Shown one piece after another: positions 12,749 through 22,600 of a DNA stretch of 64,000 nucleotides (its first letter is position 1; the number at the start of each line of letters is the position of its first letter). Both the position numbers and the translations under genes were made by a program. Origin of the DNA: Octopus sinensis (Eukaryota); NCBI RefSeq assembly GCF_006345805.1, contig NC_043005.1:992001-1056000 (forward strand), written 5' to 3'. The notes below the pieces were generated by a model that saw only the letters and a list, made by a program, of their open reading frames with translations, was not told the origin of the DNA and searched no databases.

Positions 12749-12877
12749 CTCTACATGTGTTAATGTGAATTCTCTGAAAGCAAATGATATAGTTTCTTCT
12801 TCTTTGACACAAGTGATCTGTAAAATGCCAAAGTCAGTTGTTTCGTATAAGTCCGGCCAGTATTGGTGGCATTTCAC
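12749..12877 (-). CDS. PTPN4: PTPN4-like exon: VKCHQYWPDLYETTDFGILQITCVKEEETISFAFREFTLTHVE (GC donor)
   Basis: cattgcag acceptor; donor AG|gcaagt; 129 nt, in frame with the next exon; KCHQYWP motif. Confidence 0.93.
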
Positions 12878-14244
12878 CTGCAATGGAGAAGAAACATTAG
12901 TTCTTGGTGTTAACACAAGTGTGTGGAGAGGGAATGAGTGAAAGGACAAACAGCAAAAACATTGAGAGGAAAGTAAAACCAAATCAAAAGGAATAGAAAC
13001 AGTGAAGCTGTCAAATCTGTGCCAGCGATCGTCATAAAGCTAACCATCAACTTTTTACAATGTCAGCCACTGTGGAAATTTTTTTTTGTCTTTTTCCATT
13101 TTTCCATCTCTGAATTGGCAACAATGTCTGCTATTTCTTTTAATGACGTCCAGACAATCCATGATTATAGATATGTTAGTAAGTTTAGTGTGATTGAAAA
13201 CATATTATGTGGACTGGATGCAAAAGAGGTATGTTAATGTTTGAATGAATAGTTTGTTCTCTCTCTCTCTCTATGAATTTCATTTACTTTTCACATGTAT
13301 GGCAACCCACAGTACAAAGGTACATGATGACAATTTTAGGTCCCTACAGTGTCATGGTCATTATTAATATCACCAACTGTTCAGTGTTCCAGCCAAAAAG
13401 GGAGCCTCAGTACAAGTGCATGCCTATTAAAAATAGCAGTCAAATTTCCCTCAAATGACACCTTATCATAGTCAAAAAAGAAACATCACATTGGCGAATG
13501 CATTTCTATACAGATGTGGAATCTTGAAGCACTTGCACGTTATTTCACGAGCAAGCTGTTTTGTGATTGGATCAACTGGAAGCTTCACCATTGTAATCGA
13601 TGGCGTGCCAGTTATATATAATGGACAGCAGGACTGGAGGAGCTTTGAGCACTGGTCTGCTTAACTGGGACAGATGGGGATGGCAAAATAAACAGCAGAA
13701 GAATATATAACGTTTCATTTTATTTATTTATTTATTGCAGAGATTAATATAAAGCTGAAGTATTGTTAAAATTAATTGAAATATTTTTGCAATAAAGCTA
13801 ACCTCTACAGTTACGTTCCTGAGTTCAACAAAGTATTTTATATCAAGACAAGAAACTAATTTGGTTCAATATTTTACTGCACAAAGAAAAGATTTAACCT
13901 TTAGAGTTATCACAAATTTTTCATTAAAATATTTTTATCTCTGGTGAATTAATATGAAACCAAGAGTAAGAAAACCAAAGTCCTATAAAGAATTCAGTTG
14001 GCAATCTGTAACTGCCCTTCAATGATTTCTAAATTTGCTACAAAATTTTTGGAGTAGTTTTAATTAGTTCAATTAATATCAGAATTTGACTGTTTCTTGT
14101 AGGCTGGAAAATTGTTCAATTTTATTGAACTAAATTCCTGCAGCATATATTTCAACAACGTGGCTCTTCTTATCAAGATGGCCAAAGTTAGGGCAAAGTT
14201 TTTTTGATGTGCCATGCATGACATTTGCTTTTGATGTATTCCTT

Positions 14245-14600
14245 CTTATACTTGCTTCAGTCATTGGGCTGTGGCCAGGCTGGGGCACTGCCTTGAAAGG
14301 TTTCACTTGACCCAAGTACTTATTTTTTTTAATGTCTGGTCCTTATTTTATTGGCTTCTTTTCCAGAAGCACTAAGTTACAGAGATGTAAACAAACCAAC
14401 ATCGGTTGTCAAGCAGTGGCAGCAAGAACACAAAGACACACACATACACATGTCTATACGATAGGTTTCCATACAGTTTGCATCTATGAAATTCACTCGC
14501 AAGATCTTGGTTGGCCCAAGTCTACAGTAGAAGACACTTGCCCAATGTGCCATGCACTGGGTCTGAACATGAAAGCATGTGGCAGCAAAGTGAGCTTCTG
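14245..14600 (-). mobile_element. Decayed CORE-type SINE(s)
   Basis: Reverse complement contains GGGCAAGTGTCTTCTACTGTAG..GCCAACCAAGATCTTGCGAGTGAATT; similar to 37208-37380 and 54030-54360. Confidence 0.6.
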
Positions 14601-15793
14601 AATCGTACAGGGATGCCTGGATCTATGATTCCTGACAGTAATTAAAGAACGAACAACCTTCATTTCCTACTACATCAAAGCATTTGAAATTTTGTAGCAC
14701 AAATTATAAAGATGGTAAAGAGTCAAAGTTCTTTATTACAACCAGTTCAGTCTTTCACAATGCAGCATCATCAGCTGGCATGGGTTAGACAGTTTGACTG
14801 GAACTGGTAAGCCAGGGAGCTGCACCGGGCTCCAATCTGATCTGGCAGAGTTTCTACAAACAGATGCCCTTCCTAACATAAATGGCAATTTCTTTGAGAA
14901 ATCATTAAGGTGAAAACTTTCATCAACATTATCATCAGCAGTAGCATGATAAACTAAATCCACAACCAAGTTTTTTTTTTAATCTTCCATTGGAATCAAA
15001 ATTCTTTCATGTTGCTAATCATCATCATCGTTTAACCTCCGCCTTCCATGCTGGGCATAGGTTGGACAGTTTCACAGGAGCTGGCCAGGCAAAAGACTGC
15101 ACCAAACTTCTGTGTCTGTTTTGGCACACTTTTTTATGACAGGATGCTCTTCCTAAAACCAAGCACCCCACAGAATGGACTGAGTGCTATTTACATGCCA
15201 CCAGCATAGGTGAGGTCAGCTTTGGCATAGTTTTTATAGCTGGATGCCCTTCCAAATATCAACTACTTTACAGTGTGGACAGGGTCACTAATATAAAGAA
15301 CCTTTGAAAGGGGACAGGGCATTGGAGGAGGTAATCTTGTGTCAGGTGATGAAAGGTTAGAGTGTGACAAAGAGAGAGAAACAGGTGTCTTGCTGTAGAG
15401 GAGGTACATGGTTACCTGGCTGGAGAGAGAGAGAGATAGAGAGAGAGAAAGCGAGAGGGAGAGAAAAGAGAGTAAACAAGAATGGGGATAGAATGTTGTA
15501 AAGGAGATATATGGTTAGCCAGCCAGAGAGAAGAGCAAGGGAAAGAGAGAAAATGGAAGAGAGCAAGAGGAGAGAATAGGAGAGAGATGGCAATGAAGTG
15601 CCAGGGTAAACTCACAAGAGACAGGGATTAGAGCATAGAAGGGAAGGAAGAGAGAGATAAATGGTGGCAAGTGCCAGGGAATACCATCAAGGTATGGAGG
15701 TCATAATACAGGTGGCAGGGTATTGCCGATAAAGGCGTGAAGCAACATGATCATATTTCATATGGCAAAACGAAAAATTATTTCAGTACTTAC

Positions 15794-15856
15794 ACGTCCC
15801 CTTTCTACTTTTGTAGTTAACATAACAACCAATGTACAATGTTGTTCCCAAACCAT
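15794..15856 (-). CDS. PTPN4: PTPN4-like exon: MVWEQHCTLVVMLTTKVERGR
   Basis: tctttcag / gtaagt; 63 nt; MVWEQ..VVMLT motif. Confidence 0.96.
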
Positions 15857-15954
15857 CTGAAAGAATTGTAGATAATAAAAAAAAAATTAGACAATATTAC
15901 CAAAAAGGCAATGAAAGAATGAAAGAGACAATCATGAATACTGTAACTATAACT

Positions 15955-16835
15955 GAACAGCTCCTACCTCTGCTGGCAACTAAAGGCCTCTCAGTCAGGA
16001 CGAAAGGTGGATTGCATGATGCATGTGTGTGTGAAATACCATGCTACACAGCAGTGAAACATGGGCCATAAATGGTGAGGAAATGCGTAGGCTTGAAAGA
16101 AATGAAGCTAGCACGATCAGCATGAGAAGCATGAGATGTGGTGTGCAAGAGAGACGACTGTGCTGGGATGGCCATGTGGCGAGAATGGATGATGAAGACA
16201 GCTGTGTGAAGAAGTGCCACTCCCTAACTGTAGAAGGAACCTGTGTAAGAGGTAGACCCAGGAAGGCATGGGATGAGATGGTGAAGCATGACCTTTGAAC
16301 ATTGGGCTTCAAAGAGGCAATGATAGGAGAGAGGGACCTTTGGAGATATGCTGTGATTGAGAAGACCCAGCAACTAAAGTGAGATCGCAGGTACGCATGT
16401 CCGGCCCTGTTAAGAATACTCCTGAGGTGTCAGGTGATATGATATGTTTGAGAAGACCTGTTGAGTCAAGTGAAACCAATATTGTAGCTGGGGCCAGTGA
16501 CCCCTGGCTGGCTCCCATGCCGATAGCACGTAAAAAGCACCATCCAAACGTGGTCAATGCCAGGACCGCCTGACTGGCTCCCGTGTCAGTGGCATGTGAA
16601 AAGCACCATCTGAATGTATTCGATGCCAGGCTCATTTTACTGGCTCCTGTGCTGGTGGCATGTGAAAAGCACTCACTACACTCTCACAGTGGTTGGCGTT
16701 AGGAAGGGCATCCAGCTGTAGAAACATTGCCAGATCAGACTGGAACCTGGTGCAGCCATCTGGATCGCCAGACCTCAGTCAAACCGTCCAACCTATACCA
16801 CCATGGAAAATGGACGTTAAATGATGGTGATGATG
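15955..16835 (+). mobile_element. RTE-clade LINE 3' fragment with 3' UTR
   Basis: LLPLLATKGL, MLHSSETWA, RRLCWDGHVARMD, GRPRKAWDEMVKHDL, DLWRYAVIEK; three hairpin modules; GACGTTAAATGATG tail. Confidence 0.88.
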
Positions 16836-17547
16836 ATACACACACACACAATCAAACATTCGCATACATATTCATATACACCTATGCATGTTTGAGTGTA
16901 TCAATGTGTGTGCACACAAATGCTTGTTTACATCTTATAGATCAACAAAATCAGTAAAATATGTTTTCTTTTACTTTGAAAAGGAAATAAGGGTTTGCAA
17001 TAGAAAAGGCAGGTAAGGAAAAGGAAGAAAATGAAAGTGTATGCATAATCATTCACATAACATTTATATAAACATTATACGAACGATAATATTTTGAAAA
17101 TGAAAGTGTTTAATATTTAATTTCATATCATCATCATCGTTTAATGTCCGTTTTCCGTTTTAGCACGGGTTGGACGGTTCAACCAGGGTCTGGGAAACCA
17201 GGAGGCTGCACCAGGCTCCAGTCTGATCATATATATATATATATATATATATAATTGTACATATGTGTGTGCTAGAAAGAGAGAGTGAGGGAGAGGAATT
17301 GATAAAGTAAATACATTTTAAGCTTAAAAATTTGGGGTTTATTTCAATTAAAAGTGTGTTTGGAGCCAGGCCTTTAAATGCAGTTGCCTGTCACTGCCAT
17401 TCTCTCTGTTGTTTTATTCTTCCCTGCAAGCGTCACCGACAGGAGACTCTTTGCCTTCTATTATAAGTAAGATATCTACACATGTGAATGAATAGAGCTA
17501 TAAAAGTTAATGAAAGCGTAAATTTAATAAGGATCAAATGAGCTCAC

Positions 17548-17631
17548 CTGCCAAAAGTCAGCACATGTGTTAGGTAATGGACCTTGAGCGGCAATATATC
17601 GATTGATGATGCCAGATCCGGGAATTTCCAT
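17548..17631 (-). CDS. PTPN4: PTPN4-like exon: [28 protein letters not shown]
   Basis: ccttcag / gtgagc; 84 nt; YIAAQGP and DFWQ motifs. Confidence 0.96.
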
Positions 17632-19000
17632 CTGAAGGAAAGAAGATGAATGTAGAGTTGCAATAGTTTTTAACATAGAAAATCATTTAAATATTGCGTG
17701 TGATCTCTATAAGACTTGTATCAGCTGAATCTACAAGATGATGAGCTTTTGGTTGAAGAGGTATGAATTAGTATTCTGTTATTGGCACAGAGCACTGCCT
17801 TGGCTCGAGCACTAACATGTTCACTAGTTTGGGAGTCTACAATGTAAAGATTGGGTCCCCTTACATCACAAAGGGATAGTGGGTTACTAACATTTCAAAC
17901 TAGATGCATATAACCCTAATAATGCCCTACAGAAAGCTATGAACACATACATTTTCAATTTATCTTTACTAAAAACTACACTTCATGTCTTCTATTTTAT
18001 CTTTCAAAACACGAACAGCATTTCAATGAGATTCTTCTGTAGTGTTCTTCCGTTAAAACTCATTTCATTGCTACGATAAGTCAGTCTAAGTTTATAAATG
18101 AGTTGTTATGGCACTTCTAAATTATCTCAAGTCGGTTGCTGTTACATTGCAAAAGATTTTAGAAGACTGTTTTGTTCGGATGTTGAGGTTTTACTGAATA
18201 CAACAAATTACTAGCTGTAGCTATAACCACCGAACGTTGTGGTCATAGTAACCCAGGTTTGAAACCTAATCATAACAGAACACAAGCCAATGTGGACGTC
18301 TCTATGCAGTTAGAAATATCAGTCATATTTTCTGTAAATCACACCCTAATGTCTTAACAAAATGAAGGAGACATCGCATATGGTGTCCTGGATGTGTTGA
18401 TAAAATAGCTGTGGGATGGTCACAGCTACAACATCTTTGATCACAAGTTTGTTGGGCAGAGCTGGATTAAACAACAACTAGTCATCAGTTATTTCAAAAG
18501 TGTCAGCAACAGAAAAGAAAGGTGCTGTTGTGTTTTGAACAGACACGATGTTAATTATCATTGGAATAGATGACAAGGAAGGTCAACTTCACCGTACTCA
18601 ACACTAAATGCTAATTGATATATTTAAATGTTAATGTTCAGTTTTGTGATTGACAGTGTCAAGATTAAATATCCCTCTCTATTGTATTGATACTTTACCA
18701 TCTAAATTCATTTTGCTCAAGACATCAGACTTCTACAAGAAATGTGAAGATTACATATGAAACCCATTCAAAAGGGAATTACAGTAATAAATCAGCAACT
18801 GTTTTAAATAATTTATAAAAACCCAAAATTGAAACTTTTCAACAAATGCAATTAGCACTTTCTGCTTTTGATCCAGCAGACAGTGTTAACCTAAGCAATA
18901 GACAGGAAACAGGAGTTCAGACTCTGTAAAGAATCAGCTAACTCCTTGATTAGATGAAGTTTTTTTTTTAACAAACAGAAAATGAAAAAAAAAATCTTAC

Positions 19001-19068
19001 ATTTACAAAGTTGGCATTTATATAGTCCCCATTTTGACTACCTTTTAATATCACTCGGGTCTGGTCAT
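19001..19068 (-). CDS. PTPN4: PTPN4-like exon: (Y)DQTRVILKGSQNGDYINANFVN
   Basis: ttttctag / gtaaga; 68 nt, phase 1-0; DYINAN motif. Confidence 0.96.
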
Positions 19069-19564
19069 CTAGAAAATAAAAAGTTAAAATGATTTTTAAG
19101 AAAGGAAGTCATAATACAAAATTTCAAGTATTTTCAATTCCCATGGTCTGTTAATATTTGAGTTTAATCTTTTCACAGAGAAACTCCATCTTTACATGTT
19201 GCAACCACACGATCACATTCTTCGATAATAACAAAAGCAAAACGAATTTCTGTGTGTCACACTTTGAACTCCTCTCTCAATGACACTTCTACTATTCCTC
19301 ATGTCGGGGTGAGAGTAATAGTAGGCATAAAGATGGTAATGGGATGATAGTAATAGTACTGAGCTGTAGCTGTGGTAGAGGTGGAGGCGACGGTAATGAT
19401 GGTGGTATGGTAGCCGAGGTGGTCAGGGATGATGGTGACAGTAAGTGATGTGAAAGGCAGAGGTGATGGTGGTGAAGTCAAAGATATTGATGGTGGCGGC
19501 ATCAGAAGTCTGAAAGGTGTGTGTATGGCAATTGTGGTGGTGATGGTGGTTTAAAACAATCAAC

Positions 19565-19599
<35 letters not shown>

Positions 19600-19609
19600 A
19601 AAACAAACG

Positions 19610-22600
19610 AGGAACTGCTTTCAAAATTTATCGTACAGAATACATTAAGTGTCATTGTAGGGCCCAGTGCCCAATGAAGAGCCTGCCACAGGAGCGAGCT
19701 AAAAAGCCACCCTATTGGGCAGCTTTTGAGATAGTAATAGAAATAAAATGAACAAGGAACTGCTTTCAAAATATATCGTACAGAATACATTAAGTGTCAT
19801 TGTAGGGCCCAGTGCCCAATGAAGAGCCTGCCACAGGAGCGAGCTAAAAAGCCACCCTATTGGGCAGCTTTTGAGATAGTAATAGAAATAAAATGAACAA
19901 GGAACTGCTTTCAAAATATATCGTACAGAATACATTAAGTGTCATTGTAGGGCCCAGTGCCCAATGAAGAGCCTGCCACAGGAGCGAGCTAAAAAGCCAC
20001 CTTATTGGGCAGCTTTTGAGATAGTAATAGAAATAAAATGAACAAGGAACTGCTTTCAAAATATATCGTACAGAATACATTAAGTGTCATTGTAGGGCCC
20101 AGTGCCCAATGAAGAGCCTGCCACAGGAGCGAGCTAAAAAGCCACCTTATTGGGCAGCTTTTGAGATAGTAATAGAAATAAAATGAACAAGGAACTGCTT
20201 TCAAAATATATCGTACAGAATACATTAAGTGTCATTGTAGGGCCCAGTGCCCAATGAAGAGCCTGCCACAGGAGCGAGCTAAAAAGCCACCCTATTGGGC
20301 AGCTTTTGAGATAGTAATAGAAATAAAATGAACAAGGAACTGCTTTCAAAATATATCGTACAGAATACATTAAGTGTCATTGTAGGGCCCAGTGCCCAAT
20401 GAAGAGCCTGCCACAGGAGCGAGCTAAAAAGCCACCTTATTGGGCAGCTTTTGAGATAGTAATAGAAATAAAATGAACAAGGAACTGCTTTCAAAATTTA
20501 TCGTACAGAATACATTAAGTGTCATTGTAGGGCCCAGTGCCCAATGAAGAGCCTGCCACAGGAGCGAGCTAAAAAGCCACCTTATTGGGCAGCTTTTGAG
20601 ATAGTAATAGAAATAAAATGAACAAGGAACTGCTTTCAAAATATATCGTACAGAATACATTAAGTGTCATTGTAGGGCCCAGTGCCCAATGAAGAGCCTG
20701 CCACAGGAGCGAGCTAAAAAGCCACCTTATTGGGCAGCTTTTGAGATAGTAATAGAAATAAAATGAACAAGGAACTGCTTTCAAAATATATCGTACAGAA
20801 TACATTAAGTGTCATTGTAGGGCCCAGTGCCCAATGAAGAGCCTGCCACAGGAGCGAGCTAAAAAGCCACCCTATTGGGCAGCTTTTGAGATAGTAATAG
20901 AAATAAAATGAACAAGGAACTGCTTTCAAAATATATCGTACAGAATACATTAAGTGTCATTGTAGGGCCCAGTGCCCAATGAAGAGCCTGCCACAGGAGC
21001 GAGCTAAAAAGCCACCCTATTGGGCAGCTTTTGAGATAGTAATAGAAATAAAATGAACAAGGAACTGCTTTCAAAATATATCGTACAGAATACATTAAGT
21101 GTCATTGTAGGGCCCAGTGCCCAATGAAGAGCCTGCCACAGGAGCGAGCTAAAAAGCCACCTTATTGGGCAGCTTTTGAGATAGTAATAGAAATAAAATG
21201 AACAAGGAACTGCTTTCAAAATTTATCGTACAGAATACATTAAGTGTCATTGTAGGGCCCAGTGCCCAATGAAGAGCCTGCCACAGGAGCGAGCTAAAAA
21301 GCCACCTTATTGGGCAGCTTTTGAGATAGTAATAGAAATAAAATGAACAAGGAACTGCTTTCAAAATATATCGTACAGAATACATTAAGTGTCATTGTAG
21401 GGCCCAGTGCCCAATGAAGAGCCTGCCACAGGAGCGAGCTAAAAAGCCACCTTATTGGGCAGCTTTTGAGATAGTAATAGAAATAAAATGAACAAGGAAC
21501 TGCTTTCAAAATATATCGTACAGAATACATTAAGTGTCATTGTAGGGCCCAGTGCCCAATGAAGAGCCTGCCACAGGAGCGAGCTAAAAAGCCACCCTAT
21601 TGGGAAGCTTTTGAGATAGTAATAGAAATAAAATGAACAAGGAACTGCTTTCAAAATATATCGTACAGAATACATTAAGTGTCATTGTAGGGCCCAGTGC
21701 CCAATGAAGAGCCTGCCACAGGAGCGAGCTAAAAAGCCACCTTATTGGGCAGCTTTTGAGATAGTAATAGAAATAAAATGAACAAGGAACTGCTTTCAAA
21801 ATATATCGTACAGAATACATTAAGTGTCATTGTAGGGCCCAGTGCCCAATGAAGAGCCTGCCACAGGAGCGAGCTAAAAAGCCACCCTATTGGGCAGCTT
21901 TTGAGATAGTAATAGAAATAAAATGAACAAGGAACTGCTTTCAAAATATATCGTACAGAATACATTAAGTGTCATTGTAGGGCCCAGTGCCCAATGAAGA
22001 GCCTGCCACAGGAGCGAGCTAAAAAGCCACCCTATTGGGCAGCTTTTGAGATAGTAATAGAAATAAAATGAACAAGGAACTGCTTTCAAAATATATCGTA
22101 CAGAATACATTAAGTGTCATTGTAGGGCCCAGTGCCCAATGAAGAGCCTGCCACAGGAGCGAGCTAAAAAGCCACCTTATTGGGCAGCTTTTGAGATAGT
22201 AATAGAAATAAAATGAACAAGGAACTGCTTTCAAAATATATCGTACAGAATACATTAAGTGTCATTGTAGGGCCCAGTGCCCAATGAAGAGCCTGCCACA
22301 GGAGCGAGCTAAAAAGCCACCCTATTGGGCAGCTTTTGAGATAGTAATAGAAATAAAATGAACAAGGAACTGCTTTCAAAATATATCGTACAGAATACAT
22401 TAAGTGTCATTGTAGGGCCCAGTGCCCAATGAAGAGCCTGCCACAGGAGCGAGCTAAAAAGCCACCTTATTGGGCAGCTTTTGAGATAGTAATAGAAATA
22501 AAATGAACAAGGAACTGCTTTCAAAATATATCGTACAGAATACATTAAGTGTCATTGTAGGGCCCAGTGCCCAATGAAGAGCCTGCCACAGGAGCGAGCT

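Noticed and set aside
19668-19721. Satellite-encoded hammerhead ribozyme (as in some animal satellites)
   Set aside because: Plus strand has stem-ATGAAGA-stem-GAGC, but the core needs CUGANGA and GAAA with a 1-nt third junction; C3, A14 and A15.1 are missing and the third junction is 6 nt. An in vitro cleavage test would settle it
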